A stretch of DNA of 64,000 nt from Lama glama. Its lineage: Eukaryota. The stretch is taken from NCBI GenBank assembly GCA_028534125.1, contig CM052832.1, positions 9,550,001-9,614,000 on the forward strand, read 5' to 3'. A program made the translations under genes and the position numbers. Below are positions 53,131-64,000 of the stretch, piece after piece. The notes beneath the pieces are model-generated. The model made no database searches and was not told the DNA's origin. It was given only the letters and a program-made list of their open reading frames with translations. The number at the start of each line of letters is the position of its first letter. Position 1 is the first letter of the stretch.

Positions 53131-54105
53131 TTGTTTAACTTTTTTTTAAAACTTTTTCATTGTAAGATACATATAGCATTAAATTGACCATTTTAACCAT
53201 TTTAAAATGGGCCATTCAGTGGCATTAAGCAGACTTTCCTAACCAATCCTAATGTGCAGAGAAGTTGTAGGAACAGTAGAAAGATCTCCCTAGAAGCTCC
53301 GCCCAGATTCACCGCATTTTCCCTTTTTACTTTATTTTCTCCCTCCCTCCCTCCCTTGATATACCCACATTGTTTCTCCCTAAATTGTTAAAGAATACGT
53401 TGAGACAGTTGGGGCCCTTTACTCCTGAATGCTTCAGTGTGCGTTTCCTAAAACCGAGACGTCCTCTGCAGTTAGCAAATTCAGGAATTTAATATTGATA
53501 TGACAGTATATCTAACAGACCTTTTATATTCAATGATTGCCAATTGTCCATTAAGGCCCCTCACAGCACACCCTTCCCCTATCCCAGGATTCAACCCAGG
53601 GTCATCCATTGCATTTAGATGTCACCTCCAAGCCCTCTTCCTAAGGAGGCTTTGCCTCAGTTCTCTGAGCCTCAGGGAGGCAGGTGAGGAAACTCTGCTC
53701 CCATGGAGAGTTATTACTCACACCTGTGCATTTGCACACTACGCTCTGTCACCATCCAAGCCAGGGCACTCGATGCCAGCTGCCTGGGTCCCCGTGGTGA
53801 GAGAGGAGAGTGATGTACCTTCCGGGTCTGTTTTTCTAAGACTAGCATTAGAATGAGTTTGTATTTGCCTTCCCTGAATCCTCACCTGTGGAAGAGACAG
53901 CTCGGGGAGACACCGAGCCCAGGTGGGTGTGAGGGAAAGGACCAGGACCAGCTGGGGCCTGGGGATGCGGGGCTGTGTTTAGTTCAGTACTGGGGGCTTC
54001 TGAAGGGGTGAGGCCAGATTTGGGGACCTGCCCCAAGGGTGGTGCTGGCCCACAGTAGGTGCATAAGTGATAGTTTAACATCCCCTTCACCCCCTGCTCA
54101 TCCAC

Positions 54106-54183
54106 GGTCACACATGCACTGGTGAGGTCACACATGCCCTGCTGAGGTCACACGTGCCCTGCTGAGGTCACACATGCACTGGC
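54106..54183. repeat. 20-bp minisatellite, about 4 copies
   Basis: Unit ggtcacac(a/g)tgc(a/c)ctg(g/c)tga starting at 54106, 54126, 54146 and 54166. Confidence 0.92.
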
Positions 54184-55975
54184 AAAATCTAGAGCATGAA
54201 TGGAATCCAAAGACTTTTGATGAGGAGTCCCCCAGGTCTTTCTACTTTACAACTACGTGCAAAAGAGTAATCCAAGATCTTAACCCTGGCTTTTGAAGGC
54301 CTGGCCTTTATCTCATCAAAATCAGAGTGTACATACTTGATGGGGGTTATCAGACAATCAGTGGGGGGGGTGTGTGCACTGCATCTCAGAATATCTTGGG
54401 AGACACTCCTTGAACAAGCTGGCCCCTGTGCCTGCCCCTGTTTCAGGATGACTAGGTTTGAGAGATGTTAAGAGCAGGTGCGTGGCCATGTGAATCAGGC
54501 GGGCATAGGCAGGGAAAAAAGACTGCTGATGGAGCAAGGCCGTTCCAGCTTCTTTTAAGAACGAGATCAGTTGTTTGTTGCCCTCAAATGACCAGAGAGT
54601 AATTCTGAGATGGCCCTTAGTAACCCAGGGTCTTGTGGATATTCCTGAAACATCTACCTCGAATCTCCCTTCTTATAAAACTGTTATCTTATTAAACCAT
54701 TATAGCACGTATTAAGCCATTAAGTCCGTCAGCGAGGAACAACTTGGCTTACTACATGTCCAGCTTTGTGGAATTCACATAAGGCATGTCCCTTGGCTCC
54801 AAGGAGCAACCAGGTCTTGTTGGAGAAACTGGGGGAATATCTTGAAAGCAAATACGGGTCCCCTTGTGGGGCCGGGCTGAGGGTTGCTCTGAACAGCAAC
54901 AGGTCAGTGTGGGCTGATGCAGACAAGGGATGATAGCTCCTTAGGAATGAAAACAAGAGCTAACGTTTATTGAGCTTTCACTACATGCCAGGAGCTAAGC
55001 GTTTTTGGTGTACTGCATCATTTAATCCTCACCACTTCCCTAGAATAGGTAAATTCTAGTTTTATCACAATTTCGTAGACAGGGAAACAGAGAAAGCTTA
55101 CGTATCTGGCACAGTCACACAGTTAGTAGGTGGCAGAGCTGGCATTCGCATCCAATCTGACCCCAGCGCCTTCCCCTTCTCCACTCCCGCCCTCCTAGAG
55201 CGGCTCCGCTAATCCTTGTGGGATGAGAGACTTTAGGGAAGCAGAATACCAAGGGGTGGGAGCTCCACAGACCTGGCTTTGGCATCACCGGTTGATTGAC
55301 TGTAGACAACTTATCAAATGTTTCTAAGCCTCAGCGTCCTTCCCCGGCGAGTGGGGGTGTAGCATCTTCCCAGAGTGGTGTGATTGTGATCATGTGTTTA
55401 GAGCACAGAGCAAGGGGTATAATGATTAGAAATGGAAGGCAGGAAGAGGGGCACAGCCTGACCAACACCCAACATCAAGGATGACTGTAAACCAGAAGTG
55501 TGGGCTGGAAGGGTCCTGGAGAGGGAGTCGGTCCAGCCGGAACGCGGGATGGCTGTAACAGGTGAGTGGGAAATAAAAGCTGGCTGGGAAGGACGAGGCC
55601 AGGGTGTTAAGGACCTTGAAAGCTACCATAAAATGCTCCACAGCTCTTCCAAACAACAGGTGTGTGGATGTTGTTGACATATGGAAATGCGTGTTTGGGA
55701 AAAAAAAATAGAATGCAAAATAGTGTGTACAAACTGACAGCTGTGTAAACACATTCTGGTCCAAGCCTGGGGGTCAGAGGGCACCGGCAGTGCTGTCCGT
55801 ACTCCAGTTCACTGCTTTTCACCTTATTTATTTTTCTGTAAATGCCTAATAAAAACTAAGACTGAACAGGAGGCCAGGCTGAGGGGTTTGATTTTTAACT
55901 TCTGGACATCCATAGGGAGTTGTGGCAGATTTCTATTTGTTCTGTTTTGTTTTTGAATGAGATAAAATTCATGCA

Positions 55976-56568
55976 CAGCCAATTCTCATTATTTACAGTG
56001 TATTTGCAAATTCACCTACGCACTAAAATTTACTCGTAACCCCCCAAATCAATATTCCTGATACTTTGGACATGCACAGAGCAGTGAAAAATTTGAGTCA
56101 CCTGGTGCCAGCTGAGGTTGAACAAGACACTTTGTTTTAGCTCATACTGTAAATAAGCGTTCTCTTCAGTGCCGTGTTATTCATATTTCTTTGCTTTTTG
56201 CTGGTGGTTTTGCTGTTTAAATGGCCCCCAAGCATAGTGCTGGTGTGCTGTCTGACATCCCCAAGTGGAGGAGGCTAGGGGGTGCCTTACAGAGAAAATA
56301 CGTGCCTTAGGTAAGCTTCGAAGATGTGAGTTATGGTGCTGATGGATGAGTTCAATGTCAGTGAGTCAACAGTAGGTTATTAAGTAAGGTGTCTTTAAAC
56401 AGAAACACGCATAAAGCAGTTATGTACTGATCAGCTGATGGAAGTGCTGTAAACAAGTTTTACAGGAACCTAACGCTGTATTTCCCTTGGGCATTGATTC
56501 AGTTTTTGCAAAATCTGTTCACGGCAACTTTACAGACCCTAACTACCACGAATAACAAGACTCGACTG
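55976..56568. mobile_element. Tigger-family (MER82-like) DNA transposon fossil
   Basis: Terminal inverted ends cagccaattctcattatt / aataacaagactcgactg. Internal segments aaatggcccccaagcatagtgctg and ggtgtctttaaacagaaacac. Confidence 0.75.
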
Positions 56569-56605
56569 TGTCATAAAATTCACCCTTTTAAATGAGCCCT
56601 TTTAT

Positions 56606-56704
56606 GGCTGAGAGGTATAGTTCAGTGGTAGGGTATGTGTTTAGCATGTGCAGGATCCTAGGTTTAACCCCCAGCACCTTCATGAAAAACAAAAATGAAA
56701 AAAA
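56606..56704 (+). mobile_element. tRNA-derived SINE (camelid type)
   Basis: gaggtatagttcagtggtag...ctaggtttaacccccagcacc plus an A tail. Near-TSD agcccttttat / agccccttttat. Confidence 0.8.
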
Positions 56705-56842
56705 GTAGCCCTTTTATATTTTAGTATAAAATGCAATCATCACCACCACTGCAGATTCTCCAGGAGTAAAACGGCTTCATGGGGCAGCGATTTATGAACG
56801 GTCTGTCTTTCCCGGTCCCCTAATTGTTCTGCTCTCTTTCAG

Positions 56843-56912
56843 GACGCCCAGGAGAACCATGGACTGGCTGTGCCCACCCCCTCTGTCCCAGACAGCTTTG
56901 CAGACAAACAAG
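56843..56912 (+). CDS. C6orf132: C6orf132 coding exon 3
   Basis: ctctctttcag|DAQENHGLAVPTPSVPDSFADKQ-G|gtaaga. 70 nt, phase 0 to 1. Confidence 0.9.
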
Positions 56913-58855
56913 GTAAGAGGACGCCAGGCTTGGCGCTTGTCTTTCTTTTCTTCCTCCTTAAGCCCAAGCATCTGGCCCCCTCCACGGCTGGTGGTCAGGT
57001 GGGAGTCCTCTGGCCTCCTGGCTGCTGGCTGCAGCCGGTGGGAGTTGAGAGCCAGGGTGGAGGCCCAGTGGAGGAGGGACTGTGAGGGCCTGGGGCCAGA
57101 GCAGGAACAAGGGTGGCGGGATTGGTAGAAAGAACCCCAGAGTCAGGCAGACCTGGCTTTGAATCCCAGCTCCCTGCACTTAGCTTTGCTCCCTGGGGCA
57201 AATCACTTAACCCCCTTTACCTGCGTATCTTCAAACGCACCAAGGGCAAGACAATCTCAGTTCTGGAGAAGTGAATGAAGTACTGGATGGGATGTAAGTC
57301 ACTTCTTGTCATACAGCTTCTCAAAACCCGCCAATGACTTCCCCTGTCCCCCAATGAGAAGGTTCTTGCCAGGACCGCCAGAATCTGGCCTCACCTGGCC
57401 TCATTACCCGCTCACCATTCTGGCCATCCAGTCTCCTTCAACCTCCCACAGGTTTCCACCCCTGCATCTGCCCAGACTGCTGTCCCCTGCACGTGTGCAC
57501 GGCTCTCTTCCTCCCTCCCTCACTCAGCCGGGGCTCCCCTGACCACCCTATTCAAATCGCACCCCAAGCACCTCTCCTGGGTTTTCCCCCATATTACTCA
57601 TCAGCTAATGTGGTAATAATTTACTCAATGTATTATGTTCTTGTCCGTCTCATTGTCCCATTAAAACACAACCTCTAGGAGGGCCAATATTTTGACTATT
57701 TTTTGGTTTGTTATTTACCGCTGTATCTCAGCTCCTAATGCGTGGGTGCTCAATGGATGTTGGTTTCCCCCTCCGTCTCCCTACCCTTTGGTCTTTGTTT
57801 TGAAGTCAGCTGGCAGAAGCCCTTCAGAGCTGCATAGTCCCGGGTTTGTTCTGCTCTGGGCTAGAAACTGAGAGGAGGGGAGGCGATGGAGGGCACCCCT
57901 GAGAGAGAAGGGCCCAGTGCATCCTGGCACTCTGCAGACTCTAGGGAGGGGGACTGGGACTGGGGCCAAGCAGGGGGATGTGAGCTGCTGGGGTCCGGGT
58001 CATCCAGGACCTCTTTCTACACTGCCTTGTCCATCCCATAGTCCAGAATCTGTTCCAGAAGTTCTTTGTGAGGCAGAAAGCTGGGTTGTTGGTAGATTCA
58101 GGGTCTTTGGAAAGCAGGAGTTGCTCATGCAAATTTCTCCCTCCCAAACTTTTACCCAAACTTCCTCACTCAGCAGGCCTCCAGACCTCTGCCCACAACA
58201 GTCCATAACTTTCTGTCTCCCTCCCACTTTCTCTGTCTGTCTTACACAGTCTGAAAAGTCAAGTCAAAGTGGTTACCACTCATTAAGTGCTTAATATGGG
58301 CCTAGTACCGTGATAAGCTCTTTGAATTCTCTTCCTTAATCCTCACAACAGGTTTATGAGGTAAGTACTGACGTTACTCCCATTTAACAGATGATGAAAC
58401 TGAAGCTCAGCAAGGTTAAATTAATTAAATGTCCAACGTCACACATCTAGTAAGTGGCAGAGCTAGGATTTGAACCCTGGCCTTTCTGGCTTTGTAGCAG
58501 CCAAGGTGCTTGTAAGGAACAAACAGTGCACTCAAGGGGCTAACTGAAGAGACTTAGCAAAGGGATTATATGCAGGGCTGTGAACAGAGCAGAGAAGGGT
58601 GGGCGTGACCCTCGGGAGCAGATGGAGGAGATTCAGTCCAGTCTCAGAGGCTGTGCCATGGACAGGCAGGGCCCCCTCCCTAGAAGGAATAGGGTCCTTC
58701 TCATGACTGCTCCTCACTCGGTGTTCAAAAGGAAAGGCAGGAAACCAGCTGGCTACTCTCTCAGGAGCCCACCTCGCCCTGCCCTGGGCACTCAGAGATC
58801 CTCAAGCCTGTTCTGCCTACTCGCCCTCCTCATCTCTGCCTCTCCCTTCTTCCAG

Positions 58856-61800
58856 GCGCCAGCATACTTGTCAACGGCAACCTCCGACTCTACAGCTCTG
58901 TGGGGGACCTAAGGCCTGGGCACTATGGCCAGGATGCCTTCATCCCTCCACCTCCCCCAGGCCCTGCCCCACCGCCACCCCTATACACATCACAACCTCA
59001 GGGGGAGTCCTCACCACCACCCCCACCTTCTGTAGCTCCCCCACCCCCGCCCAGCACAGCCCCACCTCTGTCCCCAGTATTGGGGGCCCTGTCCCCTCCA
59101 ACCACCCTTTCCCCCCCCTCCACACCCACCCCTCCTGACTTCATTCCCCCTGCCCCACCCTTAGCTGTTCAAGCCCCACCACCGCCCCTTTTCCCAGCCC
59201 CAGTGCCCCCAGCTCCCGTGTCTCCTCATACACTGGGGACACACCTCTTTCCCACTGGGGGTGTCACCAAGTGGAAATCAGAGGTTGCGCTAAATGGCAG
59301 GCAGCCTGAGGTCCCCAGAAGCAGCCCCCCCAGGAGCCCGGCTGAGCCAAAGGGGAGCCTCCTGGGACCTCAACCGGAGTCCCACCTCACCTTCCCCCGC
59401 TCACTCAAGGTGCCTCCCCCGACCCCAGTCAGGACTTCGTCCATCTCCACTCAGGAAGCGCAAGGGGCTCTTCCCAAGGAAGAGGGGGCCACCAAGAAGC
59501 CCCCCAGTCGACTCCCACTGCCTCCCAGCTTTCACATCCGCCCCGTGTCCCAGGTCTACCTGGACAGGGCTGCTGAGCCAGACCACCCCGAGGGGCCTGG
59601 GGCTGCGGCACCAGCCAGCCCCAGGCTGGGCCAGTCCCAGGCTGGGACAAATGTACAAGCTGAGACCCCACCTCCAGCCCCTCCCCTGCCCCCTCCTCCA
59701 CCCCCACTCCCTCCCCCAGCACCCCCTCTCCCCCCTGCTGCCCCTCTTTTGCCACCTGCTGAGAAGGCAGCCCCTCCACCTGCTGGGTTGATGAAAAGCC
59801 CCAAGTCCAGCTCTCCTGCTCCCAAACCCAAACCTGACCCCCCAAGTCTGGAGGACACAGCCTCTTCAGAGTCTGTGGACTGGCGGGATCCCAGCCAGAT
59901 GGAAAAGCTGCGGAATGAGCTGTCAGCCTATCTCTCTGGCTGCAGGAGAGAGGACCGATGCGTCAGTCACAGACCAGGCCCAACCACAGCCTCTCAGGGA
60001 AAGGAAAGCAAGAAGGGCCTCAGACTGCCAGAGAAGGAGGCCCCCACAAGCCTACCAGAGAAGGTGACCCCCCCAGGCCTGCCACGGAAGGAGGCCCCCG
60101 CAAGCCTGCCACAGAAGGTGACCCCCCCAAGCCTGCCACAGAAGGTGACCCCCCCAGGCCTGCCACGGAAGGAGGTTCCCCTAAGTGTTCCTCAGGAGAG
60201 TCCCTGCAGCCTGCCAGAGAGAGAGGCTGCCACTGGCCTGAGCCTCCCCCCTGTGGACTACATCCCCCAAGACTCGCCAACTCCCAGCGTCCGGCAGATC
60301 AGGAATAAGCTGGAGGCCAGGTTTTCCTTATCCGCAGAGAAGGAAGCCAAGCCCAGCACAGGGTCGCTGCCTCCCAAGCCACGGCTAGAAGGGGTAAGAA
60401 TCTTTGAAAACAGGGCTGAAAATGGCAAATTCTCCAAGCCTATAGCCCAGAATCCGCCAGCTCCATCCACCACTCCTCTGCCAACCACGCCACGCCAATC
60501 CAAGGCCATGCCTGGACCAGCCACACCACCCAAGGCCACACCTGAGCCCGTCATACCATCCTTGGCCACAACTATGCCCACCACATCATCCCAACTGACA
60601 GCAGAGAAGAACTTAGTCCCAGCTGGGCAGGGGGAGAAGCCAGAAGGCCAAGGACTTGCAGTGCCCTCCAAACCAGAGACAGAAGGGCGCTCCTCAGAGG
60701 CCAGTAAGCCTCCTACACAGGAAGCCCTCTCATCTCCAGCCCTCCCCACAAAGGTATCTCCTAGCCGAGAAGAGGTGACATTTCTCTACAAGCCCCATCG
60801 CAGCCAGAACAGCCCTGGCAGAGAGGTGGCCGTGGTGATGCCCACCCTGTCCAGAGGAGAGGCTGCAGGCTCAGGGGAGCCTGTGGAGGTGAAGGAGCCC
60901 CAGGGGCTGCCAGCCAAACCCCAAGCCTCAGCCCAGCCTGCTGATCAACTCCTCAGGCACCCCGTGACAGGGGAGGTGGTGGAGCAGGGCTCCCCGATGG
61001 CCCTACTCCTTGCAGCCCGGCAGAGGGCACAGAAGGGGAGGCCCAGACGAATTGCCCTGGGCCGGTCCTCCCTGCCAGGGAGTCTCCGAGTCCATAGCCA
61101 GCCCGAGGCAGGCTCTGAAGTCATCTACAGCCATGGCCAGCCCAACTCCTTCACTGTGGTCCCCAAGATCTCCAAGGAGACTGAGGACCCCCAGCTAACC
61201 TCGCCAGGACAGCCCAAGGTACCCAGTCAGTGGAAGCCCCAGCCCAGCAGAGACCCAGAGGGCACTGCGCCCAGCCGCGGGCACAGCTGGACAAAGGCGG
61301 AGCCCCAGGCCCCTGCGGCCTGCGAAAGACCAGCGCTCTCCAACCTCCCCCAGGGCCGCCAGCCTCCCAAGTCCTTCTCTTCCCCTCCTTCTCCTTCCCG
61401 CAAGAGGGAGGAGGAGGAGGAGTTCAACTTCGAGGTCATCCCACCGCCGCCAGAGTTCAGCAATGACCCCGAGCCCCAGGCCCTCCAATATGTGGGGCGC
61501 CGGGGCTCCCCTCCCCGGAACAACTTCCCAGACTCGGGGCCGCCCCTAGACGCGGGCCCTCCTCGCGGCTTCTCGCGCTTTCCCGCGGGTGCGGACCCCG
61601 GCGGCGGGGGCCTGGAGCGCTTCTCGCACGGGGGCCGTTCGCTCATCAAGAAGCGCCTGTACGTCGGGGAGCCCCACCGCAGCTCCGGGCTGCCCCGCGG
61701 CGGTACCGGCTCCCCCAACTGCTTCGGGCCGCCTCCCGGATGCCCGGAGACGCGGCGCGTCACCTCGGCGGGCCGCACGCCCCTCGGCGGCCTGCACCCG

Positions 61801-61889
61801 CGGAATATGCCCCTGGAGGGCGCCGTCCGCGGGGAGGCCAAGTTCAAAGCGCCCGGCGGCGACTGCGGCTGCGCACCGGCTACCGGCAG
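58856..61889 (+). CDS. C6orf132: C6orf132 coding exon 4 (3034-nt proline-rich exon)
   Basis: cccttcttccag|(G)ASILVNGNLRLYSSVGDLRPG... continues into the 997-aa ORF at 58900-61893. Phase-2 donor AG|gtgagc. Confidence 0.94.
60025..60237 (+). repeat. Coding 27-nt (9-aa) tandem repeat in C6orf132
   Basis: Units start at 60025, 60052, 60079, 60106, 60133 and 60160, with degenerate units at 60187 and 60211. Confidence 0.93.
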
Positions 61890-61990
61890 GTGAGCTGCGG
61901 GCGGGGACGATGGCGGAAGCCTGGGCGGGGAAGCCAGGTGAGATAGGGGCCCTGCCCTGGAACACAGGGGAGCTGGCCAGGCCGCGGCCG
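61450..61990. promoter_or_regulatory. Intragenic CpG island at the 3' end of C6orf132 exon 4
   Basis: Abrupt rise in CpG density (cgcgggcc, ggcggcgg, ccgcgcgg-type runs) that extends past the splice donor. Confidence 0.6.
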
Positions 61991-62529
61991 TCAGGTGGGG
62001 ACATTTGGTTATCTCCCCTCTGGCTCAGGGCAGAGAGAAGGGGGAGGGAGGCGCATGTCACCTGGAGAGGGCGCTGTTGGCGATTCCTTTACCTGCTTCC
62101 TTCCTTAACTCCCCTTATCGCCTTTGTTTTCTCTTTCCCCCACCTCCCGCTTTCCCCACCAGCTCCCTCTTCTCTCTTCTCTCTCCCTCCGCCTGGAATC
62201 CCAGTGTTTTCAAGCTAAGTGTGGGGTGGGGGGAGATCTGAGTGGTCCTTGGGTGCTGGGATTTCCCAACACAGAGATGTGTCGAGAGCCACGCTAGGAG
62301 TTCTGAGCAGAAGGCAAGTTCTCCGTGGCTAGCAGGGCCTAGACAGGAAGGAAGCCGTGTGTCTGATGACAGTACTGGTGGACTGGGGTCCCACTCGGGT
62401 TGATAAGCCCCGGGCTTGTGGGGCAGACCCACAGCACTGAACCACATCCTTCCTCTTGTGCCCAGGGGGAGATGGAGAGGTGTTGGTTAACCAGCTGCAG
62501 ATATTAATTTCATCTCCCCCCTCACCCAG

Positions 62530-62647
62530 GTCTCCCCACGGCAACGCCCACTACGGAAGCTCTATCAACACATTCACCGTGAGGCCTGGGACCCGCCATC
62601 CCATCTCCTATGCCTACTCGGGGGCCCATCGGAAGGCCCCATCCTGA
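62530..62647 (+). CDS. C6orf132: C6orf132 last coding exon
   Basis: ccccctcacccag|(R)SPHGNAHYGSSINTFTVRPGTRHPISYAYSGAHRKAPS*. The five exons total 3474 nt (1157 aa + stop). Confidence 0.92.
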
Positions 62648-64000
62648 GCCCAGGGTTTTCTTGGTTCTACTCTGAAGGGTTGGATCTGGGCACTTGTTTT
62701 TGTGGGGGTGGGAGGGACACAGCAGGTGTTAGGTAGCCTCACTCACAGAGGAGTCTTTGTTTCCCAAAGACAGACAGACGACGAGTGAAGTTGTGGCCCA
62801 AGAAGATCAAGGTTGGACTGCTGTTTCCCAAAGCACTAGTGTGGCTGTGGACTGTGCAGATGGGGGTGAGAGAGGGAAAGAAGGAAGAGAGGAGGAACCT
62901 TTAAGGACCCGGGGCCCAAATTTTCGCTGTCTGGTACTATTTGCTTTAGCAAGGCTTATTTAAAGCAGTTTTCCAAGCAGACCTACTGAGCAGGTTCTAA
63001 AAGCAAGGGCTGGGGCACTTACTGAATGGGAGCCCATCAGGATGGCTGTGATCGCCACTCAGGCCCTCATGAAGGGCCGAGGCCCAGCCCAGTCCTGGCG
63101 AAGGTGTAGGGTGCTACAGGTTCATCTCCTTATCCTCTGTCCACCAGCTGCCACTCTAAGAATGGCACCTGGAATTCCTAGCATAGCCACATTGAGGTGG
63201 GACCAGGAATCTGCATGCATAACACATAGTGAAGGTACTGGAGCAAAGTGCTTTGTATTGACCAAGGGTGGGGATGGGAGGCTTTTTGGTTCATTTCTCT
63301 CTGGCCCTTAGCTACAGGAAGGCCTAGAGAGAGAAGGCTTTGGCAAGTTTAGGATGGAAGACAGGATTAAAGCTTGCTTTTCTACTCAGACCCAGGCAGC
63401 CATGATTTGGGGGATGGGCCCAAGGAGCCAGGAAGCCTGGGGCTTAACACCAAAGGCCTCACATGGTCAGGTGGCATATGGGATTTGGAGGGGCACTGTT
63501 CCTAGTCACCCCTCCCAATCCCAATACTACAGGCCCCCAACATTATCAAGGCCTTAAAATGTGTCACCAAGATGCTGGAAGGCCTTGGAGAGTGGGAGGT
63601 GACAGAGATCGAACAGGTCTGAGAGGACTTTGCTGTCAGTGGGGAACGTGACTTGGAAAGTGAAGAGTGGCAAGACTGGGCCAGTTCGGAGCGGGGGAGC
63701 CCTAGCAGTAGGGTGACCATTTCATACTTTGCTTAGGAAGTCTGGGTTTCTACCTATTTTCCAGTGAATTGGAACCCCTTCCACTTTCAGAAGTCTTGGT
63801 TTGAATGATGTATTGTCACCAAACATATCAAGATTGGTTGATCTTCCGTCTTCAGGTCTTGGGCTGAATTCCTGGGATCAGGCCAAGGCAGGCTGCCTGG
63901 GTAAGGAGGAAGGGGGGTGCCCAGCTCAGAGGAGCAGGCCAGGAGCGGCAGCCAGGAAGCAGTTCCCTTTGGGGGCGTGATGTTGGACCTTTGTGACCTG

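Noticed and set aside
54106..60237. Periodic repeats as CRISPR-like arrays
   Set aside because: They are head-to-tail tandem units without unique spacers, in mammalian DNA with no cas genes.
59294..62218. Many alternative-frame and antisense ORFs over C6orf132 exon 4
   Set aside because: Shadows of a GC-rich, proline-codon-biased exon.

Overview
Mammalian genomic DNA, most likely a camelid (alpaca/llama/camel), judged from tRNA-derived SINEs and L1 3' ends. It is orthologous to the human 6p21.1 GUCA1B-GUCA1A-CIMIP3(GUCA1ANB)-C6orf132 interval. Four genes were reconstructed, all with canonical GT-AG junctions and consistent phases. (1) The last two exons of GUCA1B/GCAP2 (+; 16-136, 950-1077). 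(2) Complete GUCA1A/GCAP1 (-; 8581-8381, 4910-4761, 4399-4306, 4012-3840; 205 aa), tail-to-tail with GUCA1B. (3) CIMIP3/GUCA1ANB (-; 9 coding nt at 22420-22412 spliced to 16967-16638; 112 aa). (4) The complete C6orf132 CDS (+; 33026-33170, 43653-43759, 56843-56912, 58856-61889, 62530-62647; 1157 aa). The rest is intronic or intergenic, with SINEs, L1, LTRs, DNA transposon fossils and simple repeats. There are no prokaryotic-type features. The most interesting observation is that the uncharacterised C6orf132 protein carries four short motifs, in the same order, resembling conserved motifs of the SHANK1/2/3 proline-rich region, including a Homer PPxxF ligand. This suggests a stripped-down SHANK relative; the SHANK sequences are recalled from memory and need alignment. 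Also notable: splice signals that could give CIMIP3-GUCA1A read-through or fusion, a coding 27-nt repeat expansion, a ~108-bp intronic inverted repeat, a 121-bp direct duplication, and a small poly(A)-tailed retro-insertion.
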